From positions 372,001-436,000 of the forward strand of contig NC_089431.1 of the NCBI RefSeq assembly GCF_026210795.1: 64,000 nt of DNA, read 5' to 3'. Positions 12,166 through 25,500 of this stretch are shown here, in pieces. This DNA comes from Rhizophagus irregularis (Eukaryota). A program made the translations under genes and the position numbers. The notes beneath the pieces were generated by a model that was given only the letters and a program-made list of their open reading frames with translations, made no database searches and was not told where the DNA came from. The first letter of the stretch is position 1. The number at the start of each line of letters is the position of its first letter.

Positions 12166-15100
12166 CTAAACATTTGTCCTTATTGATCTTATAGAACCGG
12201 CTGATAAACGTCTATTTCTAATAAATTCTCTAATTTTATCACGCTTATGATACCATCTCACTATCACGTGATACGATCTTAAAATTAGTTTATGAACTAT
12301 AACTAATCCACCAGATATAAGTACAAATAATGGAAAAAGATCGTATGTCTCAACACTATTATAGTATAATATCTGAATAATCAATTGTGGTATATCTTCA
12401 GCAAAAATATTTATGAAACTACCCCAAAGTATAATCTTTCTTGATCTTTGTGATAATGGGGCTGAAAATACTTTGAGACCAAATAAATTTGATGTCAAAG
12501 TATTTATTGCTAGTATGTCAATGGCTGAAAATATTGCACAAATTGATAATAATAGTGTTGGAATCTCTGAAATCCAAGTAAAGAACATTGGATTTGTTGA
12601 TACTTCAGACAAATAAATATTTATAGTCAACAAGAAATTGACTATATGTGGTACAATGAGAAACACCATACTAAATAATAATAAATAAGAAAATTATTAA
12701 TTAATTAAATTAATCTTAAAATAATAAAAATAGCATAATGTTAAATAAAATTTCTTACTTTGGGATTACTAGATGTGGAGTATTATTAACCCTTAATAAT
12801 GTGAATGTTAAATCCACAGCCAAATCCTGCATTATTAATGCAGTCTCAAATATGGCGAAGTTTCTTCCTTCAGGGTTCTTCCAGCGTGCCAAAAAATATA
12901 ATATTAATAATATTACCATACTTACTAAAAATATTATAATTAGTGGCAAATATTTTCCAAAATAATCTGCTGTAAAATAATAGAATTAAAAATTTAATGA
13001 AATATTAATTATTTACAAATATCAAAAATATATATTTAATGAACAACACTTACGGGTTATTGTAAAGGCTGCACTTTCGTCAATTAATGAAGTATATTCA
13101 TTATTAGAAAGTGCAGTAAACCCTTTCCTTTTAATCAAAGTGCCCATATTATCAAAGATTGTTTTAGAACTTAATTCCATGGCACTTTTAGCTTCATTTA
13201 TAGTAAATGATAACAACACTCTTTTGGGGAAAGTGGGGTCATTTTTCCATTTACCATTTGTTGTTATCCTCTGCTCATTTACTGGGATTATTTTGGAAAA
13301 TGCTTGAATTATATTATTGAAAAATTCCGACTGATTTGTTTGAAGAAATTTTGAACTCCCTTCTTCATTCAATCGAAGTAACCCTGTGACTGAAACTGAA
13401 TGTTGTCTGGTCTTAAATGGTTCTAAATATAATAAAGAAATATAAATTTTTTTATCTGATCAGTAAAAAATTAAAAAATTAAAAAATTTAAAAAAAAAAT
13501 GTATTACTTGTTGAAATCATCCAAGTTTTCTGAATAATTCCTAATAAAGGTTCATTTCTTTCTTGAGAAATGACAAAATTATTATCAATCACCACGTAAT
13601 AAGAAGAATTTGGCTGATTGAATGTACTGCTGAAAATTGGAATATGCACAGTGTGATTATCACTTCCAACAGTACATAGTTTGGAATTTCCTGATATTGT
13701 TTGTCGTAATAGATTTGGTTTGTATGGGTCACCATTTCGTTGAAATATGGAAATATTTGCAGTTGATAATCTCACTGGAATGCCATATTTAATTGTAATT
13801 TCATTGATTGAAGAATCAATAAATTCATGGACAGCTGGTTTTGTTGACTCAATTACAGGATTATCGTATTCAGCTCCTATAAATCAAAAAAATTTTTTAT
13901 TAAAAAAAAAAATAAAAATAAAAGTAAAAAAATAAATTAAAATTTACCTTGATTATTTAATCTAAATATAGGTTTCAATAAAAATTCTAGTTTATTACCA
14001 GTTTGTCTCTTTATTCCCAATAAAGTACCATTTCTTGGAAACATATTATAAAGAACAAACTCTGGGCCAAAAGATCCTCCTGATTTATAATTTCCATTAT
14101 TATCTAAAATATAAAAGTCCATTGCAGTTGTATTTGTATGATATTTTCTCACAAGAAATCCTCCATAAATTAAACTTGACAATTGAAAGTTATCTGATGT
14201 ATTACTTATTTCTTTAGGGATCATATCAAATTGAATAAAAGCCCCAGTTGTTAAAAATTCCAATCTATAATAATTCACTTCAGTCCTTGATTGATTCCTA
14301 TTTGTAATTGTATTGTTTAATGACACAATACATATATATCCTACACCATTATTGTAAGTACATGAGTTAAATACTATACTATTTAATTTTGTAGTAGTTT
14401 GGTAGACAAGAGAAGGTGTTGTAGGTAAATATGTGCCCTCTCTTATAAATGAAACATAAATTTTCCAGTATTGGATATTTGGATCATTTGTTGCCGATGA
14501 TCCCATTTCATCATATTTTAGAATATATGCATATCCAATCCCTCCATCAATTAAACTAAAATTAAAACTATTTACAAAGGTATATGATAATAGGTTTGGT
14601 ACACTAAACTTGCCACTTCCAAGTTCCACCACTTTTCCTATTGTAATATCTCTAAAGTAAAGATGAAAAAGTTAATTAAATGAATAATGAAATATTTAAA
14701 AAGTATTTACTACTTACGGGATACTGAGCCAATGCCATGCTGCTATTCCTTTTTTGTCATGTTCTTCAATACGAATAAAACCTTTTTCTAATCTTCCACT
14801 ATCTGTAATATAGTCATTAACATTTCCCAAGTAGATTTCACTAAAAAAAAAAAAAATTATTATTGATCTTTATAAATAAGGATGTTCCAACATCTAAACT
14901 TACCTTATGACTTCACTGTTATAATTAATTATCAAGCCATACTTTCCCTTAACACCATTGTTTGATTTAACATAAATTATCATTATGTAATTATAGTTTA
15001 AGGGTATAAAAGTCATATTAATGGGGCAAACTGCTTCTGGAGGAAAAGTGTAATTAAGGTCTATATATGTTATTTGTCCTGTTTTCTCTATCAATCGTAG

Positions 15101-15367
15101 ATGAAAATAAGGTAACATGCATGATGGATCTTCCTCATCTTCAAAGGCCATCCAAATCATCAAAGTACCATCTTTAAGTGTGTAAGTTTTATATAGTTTA
15201 AGACCTTCTATAGGTTCTTCATAAGTGTACCATATATCTTGAGATGTATCTTGGGATGGTGTATTTTGAGGTGATACACTTTGAGATGAGACAAAATAGC
15301 AACAGCAGATGGAGGTTAAATACATAAAGATGATCAACATCTTTGCTAAATTGAGCATTTTTAACAT
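12166..15367 (-). CDS. Intact 7-exon, 914-aa protein: signal peptide, large beta-rich/Ig-like ectodomain, C-terminal multi-TM domain with EDIPQLIIQ motif
   Basis: Exons 15367-14904, 14840-14718, 14651-13948, 13876-13508, 13422-13054, 12969-12759, 12670-12166; all introns GT-AG; total 2745 nt, in frame with no internal stop. Confidence 0.9.
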
Positions 15368-15376
15368 TTTTATTAA

Positions 15377-15474
15377 AGACTTGGTGGGAAAATGTGTGTA
15401 AAAAATGTGGAAATAAATTTAGAGACTTGGTGAGAAAATGTGTGTAAAAAATGTGGAAATAAATTTAGAGACTT
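15377..15474. repeat. 46-bp tandem duplication immediately upstream of the ATG of the 914-aa gene
   Basis: agacttggtg(g/a)gaaaatgtgtgtaaaaaatgtggaaataaatttag twice, plus a partial third copy. Confidence 0.9.
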
Positions 15475-18400
15475 GAAAAATTTTAAATTTTTACTCAGAG
15501 GGGTTACAGAACATTTATATATGTTACTTGTCATTGTAATCTTGATTTATTCATTAACTAACTATTAATAACTTTTCTTTTAATCAAACAGTTTAGAATG
15601 TGTTTCAAAAAAAAATATATTAATTATACTACCAAATTTGTATTTCAAAAACTGATCTTCATTATTTTGTAAAAAAACGTGCAACAAATGTAATGGCCAA
15701 AAAATTTCTGACACTAATATTGTCCAATAAAAACAAGTGTTTGGTATATATACACATACGTTTAGTATCAAAGGAGTTACTAGTGAAACATCCATTACAT
15801 AATTGTATGAAATGATAATGATTTGCCTCATCATTCATCAAAATTTAAAATTAGGATCATATAAAAAAAATGTGTAACATTAGCTTAGATTGTACAATTA
15901 GATATGTAATTAATTTTTATTTTTTTTTATGCATACTAGCAACAGCCATTGCTTTGCACTGAGATCAATAAACTTGAACCATATAGTAAATTATGCACAC
16001 AAATAATATTCTGGGGACAAGCTATATGATAATGAACAATATTAAATTCTTCAAATTTATTAAATTTATCATAGTTTTAGTGATAAAATTATGATATCAC
16101 TACTGGCAGAAAAGCTGACAATTTTTGACATATATTATTACTCCTTTTCTACCACTCTGCTATGTTTTTATCTTTCTATGATTACTGGCTACAAAATGGC
16201 ACAATAAACAAATGAATTATTTCTCATATATTTGTAAGACAACTATGATGAGGCAGAGCAGTATTGTAAGGGAATGAAAAGAATATTCATAAAAGTTATG
16301 TCTTAATTTAGCATAAAACAATGATAGAGAAGCAGTAACACAGCATAAAAAATGTATTGTTAAGACATCATTATATTAAATTTTCATACATTCCTATTGT
16401 TTAATTTTCGTGATCAACATGATCAACATTCATTAATGGTTAAACCCAATCTATTTTAAGATGACAATCCGTAATAAATTAGGGAGTCATGCTACACGTT
16501 ACAGTAATACAACTCAAAATTAACTTATACAGGGTAATCTAAATGTATTGTTACCCCTATAAAAATTTATTCCGTGTTTTTTATTATTTCCGTAAATGTA
16601 TCATATTCACGGAATTTATAGCCTCAAACATTGAAAATTATCCAAGTATTTTCCCGTAAATGTATCATATTCACGGAGTTTTCCAGAAATTACGTTTTAC
16701 ATAATTAATGTTCTTATGAATAATAGTTAATGATGATATTACTATTAAAAATTAAAGTAATTATATTTTATTCCTATTACTTTATTATTACTGTCCAAAA
16801 AGAATTTAATAGTACTATTATTTAAAAAACTTATAAAATATTTATTATTAATAATTAAAATCGATGAACTGCAATAAATATATACTAGTAAATATGTTGT
16901 GCGTCAGATTCCGATTTGCGTCAGATGACGCCGGCCTACATTATTAGCCCAATATTGACCAATATTATAATGCCTTAAGTGGGTTGGCCAGCATTACTAG
17001 GCCAGTCATATAAAACTTGTAAATCCATTGTAATTTATATATCGCACAATCTCGCTTTCATGGTTCCAAACTCGTGAAGGAAAATGAAAATGAGAAAAAA
17101 GAATAGTATCCTTTGGGTTTCATTTTGATAATTTCTTTTATTATTTTTATTATGGAAAATCAATGATTGACATCCACGTGAGCACGAACCTTGCTGTATT
17201 AACGACTGTGGTAATCGGTATGTACAGTATAAAATTTCCGAATATTTTTTAAGATTCAATAGCTCCATCAATTCACATGTACACAGTAAGACTGGCTTGA
17301 GAACCTTTCTTTTGCGCTTAATTTGATTGAACACATGTTCCCTGAGAGATAAGACATCTTTTTATATCGTGAAATCGATGCGGACTTTATTCTGATTCAA
17401 AAAAATAGACGATAATGGTCTACAAATTATTAACCAAATATAACAAATATAAGCTATTTATTTGCCTCATATTTGGAAAATACATTAGTACGATTAAGAC
17501 GTTCATTTGAAGAAGATTTATAATTTGTTAATGGTAAATAAATGAATCTGAACTTTATTTTATCTTTACAACAAAAAATTGAATAAAAAGGGTGAGAAAA
17601 AGAATATGAAAGGAAACGAACTAATGAACTTTCTTTCACAAAGAATCATCAATGAATTTTTAAATAATGGGTTAGAGTCGAAGGATTATTCATCATAAAT
17701 ATTATTTATTATTACCAATGAAAGAACTACTGACGAATAGTGTATATATATATATATATTGATAATAAATAAAAATTGACCATCATGAACGAACCTCACA
17801 AGTGATCAAAATGAACAGAAAAATGAACCTTATTTTATTTTAACCTAATTACATGCAGAAATTGGTTGGTCACTCACCCATAATAAATTTTAATGATAAA
17901 GTTTTAAGTTATCAAAAGAGAATTTAAAATTTTATAATTAAATAATTACATATTTGCGTTTATTAATGAAAGGAACAACCGCTCAGTCATTTATTCGAAA
18001 AAAAGTTGATTTGCGTGGATAAATTAAATGAATATTACGCTCGTAAATTTATAAATTAAAAGATGTTTTTCTAGATCATCGTTTATGAGCATACATCAGG
18101 AAATTTTTTGTGTAGAAAATATGCAAAATTTCGTGCATGAAAAATCTGATTTGCACACCCTGAAAATGCACATTATTTGCATATTTAATATATATAATAT
18201 GTATATTGAATAATTTTCTATGTGATATATTGTAAAAAATTTGTACAAAAAATTACATATCTGATATACAGTATAATATTGTTAAGAAATATAAGTATTT
18301 GTGCAATATTGAATACCCTAAAAATTTAGTGATGTAAGCAACCTAATAGCACCACTTGATTATCAATGTGACGTCATCATTACTTCAATATTAATAATTT

Positions 18401-19672
18401 TTAAATTTATATTATTTTAATCTCTCTTTTATGCTTTAGAGAACCATAATTTTGTAATTTTAAAATAAAAATTTTCTACCAATAGATACTATAGTCTTGC
18501 TCCATGCATATGAATTTTTTGGTAATTACCAAGTTAGGTCTATGGCTTATTATTTCTTAGTTGACACAAATGTTCACATATTACAGCAAATTTGTTGCTT
18601 TAAAGTATATCAAATTTACAGTATTAACCATAGAGAAGTAAATCGTCAATACAGTACGTAGCCTTCTTTGGAGGAATGAAAAATTAAATGCTTGAGAAAT
18701 TAAATTTTTGCGTGTTAGGTTATTTACAAATAGAACTATTATTATTGATAAATAAATAAATCAAGCGGTCATAATCAAATTATATTATATATCATTATTT
18801 ATGCTTTAGAAAATCGAATTAAATGAACCAAAGAAACCATAATTAAATTTGGTTTGTAGATTTTACATTCGATAATTTACAATTATAACAAAATTTTTTT
18901 TTTTAGCTAAAGTTGATTCAACACGGATAAAATATTATCAAAAATGTTGGTATGTACATATCTGGTGAACTGATTAATTATGAACATTCGAAAATCATAA
19001 GTAATAACTAATATATACTGTATATTATAAAACCAATCATGAAACACACACGTTTCAAATGATTACGAAACGTCTAAATGAGAATGGGTCAAGCGAGGTT
19101 TTATAATAATAATACTGCAATAATAAAAGAACTAATTTTAGAATTTTTTTAAAAATAAATTTTATAATAGACCATATTCATTTTAAAATCAATATCGAAG
19201 AATAATAGTTCTCGAGTTTGAATCCAATTTAGAGCATATAACGTCATAATATAACACGAAAGATTCAAAAAATGTTTGATTTGATATCTTTTTTTAGATT
19301 TATTCACTTAAAATACAATCACATATATTAAATATTTCTATTTCTCGATTTTTTTTGTTTTTCATAATTATCGTAATAGATATTTATAACGGAAAATGAA
19401 ACACGTTTCAAGTATCGTATTATTCACTTTTTAGTTATTATATAAATAGGGTTAAACGTTTGAGTACATATTATCAAGAACTATTAATTGTACAAATACG
19501 CAAATAAGTGTCCATTGTGGCCACATTTAACAATAATTGATATCCGTGTATATACAGTATATGTAAAATTATGGGGGTTAAAATATAAATAGATTTAGGT
19601 TAACCTTTTGTTACCAAAATCACATGACAATTTCACGGGTCCCGATCCGGATTACGACGTAAGGGAATTTTT

Positions 19673-19879
19673 GTCTGAAATCTGTGCCAGGTTACGCCGA
19701 GTTCGGTGACAAATAACAGGTGACAAATAAGTTTTGGACCACAAAAAAAAAAAAAAATTTTTGTCCCTCAGATAAATAGTGTTTTTGGAACTCGGGCTTG
19801 CACGTGATCATGTGACGCTAAATGACGCTAAACATCACCCCTTACTCTAAAGCTAGTATATTCGGCACAGATTTCAGAC
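19673..19879. mobile_element. Small MITE-like segment with a perfect 16-bp inverted repeat
   Basis: gtctgaaatctgtgcc (19673-19688) and ggcacagatttcagac (19864-19879); no TSD identified. Confidence 0.5.
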
Positions 19880-20802
19880 CAGCTTTTCGTCATTTTGTAA
19901 ATGATCGACTGAATAATTAGTATTGTATTGCTAGCCCGTGATGAATCACGTTTGCCACCTAACAATCTTTATTAATAATAACAAAATAACCTATTAATAT
20001 CCCAAGTTCATGCTTGGTTCTACTAAAAAAATTAAATAAAACATTATCCTATATTCTAAACTTCCTATTCCATTAATAAAATCCCAAATTCTTCGAACTT
20101 CAATAGTTCCCCTAAGTAAACATTATTTCGTATTGTAACTTCAATGCAGTCATTAATAAAATACTATCGGAACAATAAAAACATTATTAAATATTTCTAA
20201 TTTTTCCACTTACTAATATTTATCGATTATTTCCCAATATGCTATTAAAATACTAGTACGCCTCTTTTTAATTTCAAAATTCACTCATTTTATATTTTTT
20301 AAGTTCCCATGTAGTCCTGTATTCTTAATTGATATTCCGGGATAACTTACTTTGCTAACAACTTAAATTTTTTTAAATGTATTGTACAGTCAACATCAGG
20401 AGTTAAAACAAGGCGTGGATCTGCAAAATTTTACGTCTTTAAAAAATTACGCAAATTCACACCACCTACGGGGGTATACGGGTGTACAAAAATAGTGAAT
20501 AACCTTAATAATAAGAATTTTCGCATTTTTTTTAAAATAAAATTTTACGTATCTTTTTATCAATGAGAATTTATATATGTTTTCAATAATAAAGATTCAC
20601 GTATTTTTTCAATAATAAAAATTTTCGCGCTTCTTTTAAAATAAAATTTTCATATTTTTTCAATAATAAAAACTTTCGCATTTTTTAATAATGAAATTTT
20701 TTGCATTTATTTAATAATAAATTTTACATCTTTTCGTTGCATTTCTTTACTAATAAAATTTATATTCTATTACAAACAATTATGAATTGAACAGTAAAAT
20801 AA

Positions 20803-22438
20803 CTACTCAAATAATCTCGCGTCATCATCATCTTCAGAAATTTCTTCAACATTATCATTATAATTTGTCATTTCTCTTGATCCTTCCTGAATTTCCGACT
20901 TTTGGAAATGTATCTTCATTTAATAATACCTACCAAAGTAACAAATTAATGATAATCCTGATCATCATTTCTATAGATTTAAATTATAAAACATACCAAG
21001 AAAATAGATGATCGTTGCTTAATGGCATCTTCTGTGCATCTTATTTCGTCACTATGTGGATTTAAAACAATACAACAGACGGCAATTGCAAATGAAATTA
21101 TTGAAGGTGTTAAACAATTTTCTTTGGATTCTTTTGGCATTGCCTTCATAATAATTCCATTAATTACGAAAAGTCCAGTATTGTCTACTTTCCACAAATT
21201 CGCGTATGCTTCTGTAACACAGAGACTTTTTTTCCAATCAGTAATTTTCGCACCTGAATTTGTTTTAATTTCTGGAATATTGCATGTTTTAAAAAGTGTA
21301 GCTCTTATTTCTTTTGCGAGTATACCTCGACGATTTTTCATCTTGTCGAGACACTAGTATATTATCAAATAAACAACAAGATTAATATTCATAAAAATTA
21401 TTATATTAAAGACTTTAAAAATAAATGACACTTACGATAGGCATAAATTCAGAGTAAAATCGAGAATCCCAACGATGTCTTCCAATATCATTAATATATC
21501 CCTTAGACCCTTTTTCAATATATACCTCAAAATGTTCCTTGAATAATTCTGGAGTGGGGTAAGGATTTCTTTTGTATTTCTTTAGTAATCGTAACAATAC
21601 CTTTCTGTTAAAAAAAGTTCAAATGTTGTCAAAAATATTTACAAATCTAGGACTAAAAACAACATTTACTTTAAAAAAAGCGGGTGATAAGGATTCTTCA
21701 CGTAAAAGTATTTGTTTCAAGTCTCTTTTCTTGTTTCAATCAGTTTTTCCATAAAACTTTATTTTGATTGTTTAATTTTTCAAGAAACTTCATGGGAATT
21801 ATATAGTATTCTTCCTTTTCACTTTCTATTTAAGTGGAAAATGTAAACCTTAAAAATATACATTCAAATTTTGGAAGTACGCACCAGTAGTTTTTTTAGC
21901 TTTTGGCATTAAATTATCAGTATCATTTTTTCTATATTTTCTTGGAGTTTCTGATTCATTCTCCTAGGATCCATCACTACTATCTTCTTCCTCCTCATTG
22001 GTAACCTTTTCTTTATCAGGAACTTCATTAAGGGGTTGTTAAAGAAATGAAATTAATATGCAAAAATAATTAGCATTTTATAGTACACAAATTAATTATA
22101 TATCTATATATATAAAATTGATTTTACCATGAATTTGTTGATCGTGAATTTCATGGTTTTGAAGACTTTCTTGATCTTGACTATTTCTTTCAGGATTATC
22201 CTGATGAACTTTTCAATAATTGTGAGAAAGTTTATTACTTAGTTCCACTAGCCACAGTTTTAATAATTCTTTGTTTATTTTGCAGTAAAGAAATTATCAT
22301 TAATAAAAAATTTTAAATACCATCATTAAATTGCCTTTGACTTCTAAGACTTCTAAGAGGTACACGAGTAGTTTGAGTTTTTGAATTGGTTTTTCTTCCC
22401 TTTCCTCTTTTTTTACTAGATCTTTCCATATCTGCCAT
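20803..22438 (-). pseudogene. Decayed multi-exon gene of unknown function (probable DNA-transposon accessory gene), homologous to 35505-36675
   Basis: ATG 22438 (MADMERSSKK), exons including 21415-21597 and 20979-21341, acidic tail ending TAG at 20803; stops and frameshifts in the 5' half. Confidence 0.6.
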
Positions 22439-22889
22439 GATTATTTTTAATAGTTGTATTGTAAAAAAAGGTTATTAAATGAAAAAGAGAGAATTGAATA
22501 GTGATGAAAAGAAGATTTAAAATAACTTTACTGTATTTATATGATCATGAGTTTATTAATAGCTTACTAATAAGTTTAATTGAAGCATATTTTATACGTC
22601 ATTTTGACCTCATTTTGCATCTCTGTGTAACCCTTAACTTATTTTAATTTGTATACTGTATAATAATTTTATGAATATGATTGCTAAAGTTCACCGGTAT
22701 ATATGGCCATCATATGTCAAATATGTATCAATAATATAATAGATATTTAATTTTATAATGATTATATATGAAAATATATTAAAGACAGAGTAATAATAAC
22801 AAAATAATAAAATAGTCATGTGTCAATAATAATAAAATAATGCAACGATTGTATTATAAAAATATTTTGATTTTTCTTGTCTTTTTCGT

Positions 22890-23960
22890 TAATTAATTTG
22901 TGCTTCAGGGAATTTGCGAATTCTGATAATGAATCAAAGGAGACCTACAAAGTAAAAGATGAAGTTGCCGTAATTGACAACTTTTCACAAGAGTTCTGAA
23001 ATAAAAAGTCCTACAAAAGAAAATAGAAAAATATTAATAAAAAGCGGTATTTTAATAAAATTTTGAAACTTTTTTTTCGGAACTCACTTGAGAATCCAGT
23101 ACCCACAATGAACTGAAGTTAATTTCCCTACAAAAAGGGAAACCCGTTAAAAAAAAACTTTTTACTTTATAGTTTATAACATCTTTTTTCGAAACTCAAG
23201 TATTTGGGATTCAAAAAGGAAAAAAAAGGGAAAAAAAGCTATAAAAACTTTTTTTATAGTTTCAAATTCCTTTTTAAAAACTCACTTGGGAAGCCACATT
23301 AGAGCTAATTTCCCTAAAAAAAAAAAGAAAATGATAAAAATGTCTTTTGTATGAAATTTTGAGTTCCTTTTTTTTCAAAACTTACTACTAAATAGGATTT
23401 CAGTTTCCAAGCCGAAGCTGATTTCCCTACAATAATGGAAAAAAGAAAACTTTTTAAAGTTTCAAATTTCTGTTAGTATGACGTCCAGAGTAAAATAAAT
23501 GCCTACAAGCAGTCAACTTGACATCAATAAAACTTTCGAGTTGCAGAAGGATCTGGTAATGAAAATAATCATTCCCACTCTATTCAAAGGTTAGATACCA
23601 ATACGTATCTGGTTAGTGAAGGTGTGCTTCTTTGGAACTTACCTGTTCTGTGCTGCTGCATATCCAGACGTTTCTAAAATAAGAAAACCTGAACTGATTT
23701 CTCACTGAAATCCTATATGTCCAAGCCATTTAAAATAAAAAAAAGAAAAAAGAAATTAGTAATTATTTTTTAAAAGACGAAATAAAAATTTTTTTAAAAA
23801 ATAATACACTCACCAAACTTCCACGTTCAGAGAACCAAAAAGCTGCCTAGAGAAGAAAAGAAATGAAATATTAATAATTGTTTCAAGAGGCAGGCTAAAA
23901 ACATTCCTTTTTACCAAGAATTTTCAAAAAATACTGAAATTTATGTTTGTCTAAAAGAAA
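22890..23960 (-). other. Putative micro-exon chain (spliced, probably non-coding)
   Basis: AG/GT-bounded blocks 23846-23814, 23673-23643, 23426-23386, 23313-23286, 23127-23088, last exon from 23010; donors GTGAG/GTAAG. Confidence 0.55.
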
Positions 23961-25093
23961 AAAAAAGTGAAGGAAAGGAAAAGTACGAGAGAGAGAGAGA
24001 TAAGAGAAAAATGAAAGAGATTACAAAATTGAAGGAAAGGTGAGAATGAGAGTTTAAACTTTTTTTTAAACTTTTAAACTTTAGACTTTTTGTTTAAAAA
24101 AGTATCATTAATATTAAATTACATAATACATGTGATAATTTAATATAAATATAGTCCTATTTTTTCGATAAACATATTTCTTATAAAAATTTTTTTCATT
24201 CCTTTATAATAATGTAGAAACTATTGCGTAGTTCATATAATTATTACAGCAATTAAATAACATTTAGTCCTTATATTAAACTAATTTTATCTATCTAAAA
24301 GAAACTGGGCTATCTATGACTATGCATATGTTACTATTTAATGCATCTTCTTGTTTTTTCCTTCCCCTTTCTTTTTCTCAACAATAAAATACTTTTCACC
24401 TTCTTTTATACTTACTTTTTCCACCTCTGGTATCTTTTCCTAAGGATTATTTTTTAATAAAGTTCAAGTATTTCTTGTGAAACTTCCTTTGCTGCTAAGT
24501 ATACTGGAACCTTATTATACAAGACTAAAGCCTGCGTCTGATAATACCCTAGATTCTTTGCTTAATTTCTTGGTATTTTGCATATAAATAGTGAAAATTA
24601 ACGTGCAAATTCATCATCTCTTTTTTTTTAAAAAAAAATTGTTTCCATATAGCTCTTTGTGTGGATAATTGTAATCCCCTCTTCTCCTTTAAGTCTATAC
24701 TCCTCCCTTCACTATTTCTACTTTTAAGGTTTTCTTTTTATATAGATTCATACTCTTTGATGTTTAAATTGCTTTTTATTCTTATACCTAATTTTTTTAA
24801 CATTCTCTTTAATCTTAATGGTGTATCGTAATATATTAAATCGCCAATTCTTGATCTTCATCAGGAAATTTTTTAAGGGGTATATGCCGATGAAAAACTC
24901 ATGTGATATATATCAATAATAATCACACTCATCGAGTAATTTCGATATTGTTAAATAGTGATAAATATCATTGTCTAATTTTAACCCAATGTCGTCGGGC
25001 TGGTAGTGTGTCTCGCTGCGCTCACCCCACCTCGGCCTCACAGCCTCGCAGTACTTACATCCCCCTCCGTGGGGTGGGGAATCCCTATATATC

Positions 25094-25303
25094 TGAAACA
25101 ATATGAAACAAGATCTGAAACATAACAATATAAGCAAAAAAGGATAAAATAAGGGAAAAGAGAGGAAAATAAGAGAGAATCAGAGAGGGTGTTTCAATGT
25201 TTCAGATGTTTCGGCAATTTTGGTAAAAGTCAGGTGAGGACAACCCCCCAGAAAAAGTTTTGATTTTACCCCCAGATCCGAAACTTCTGAAACATCTGAA
25301 ACA
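25094..25303. promoter_or_regulatory. Iteron-like array: three triplets of TGAAACA-type heptamers in +/-/+ orientation (candidate replication origin)
   Basis: TGAAACA at 25094, 25104, 25116; TGTTTCA/TGTTTCG at 25190, 25198, 25207; CGAAACT/TGAAACA at 25279, 25288, 25297; lies 200 bp upstream of the D5-like helicase ATG. Confidence 0.55.
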
Positions 25304-25500
25304 GATTCAGAATTCCATTCATTTTCTTATTGGAGGCAGTAAGATAGCAAACTGAGTAAACAGATAGGTTAATAACCCCTAGAAGGAATGTAGAACCACA
25401 GGAGAATAATCGGGTAGGAGCGTGGATCTTTGGAAAAAATATATTCGGCAATTGAAAATTAGGTAACTATAAATTAGTACTCGATTTGATAGAACAAAAA

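Noticed and set aside
15600..17650. Possible decayed transposase fragments and element ends (e.g. tacagggtaat at ~16526, ccctataaaaa at ~16556)
   Set aside because: Too degenerate to assign a family or matching termini by eye
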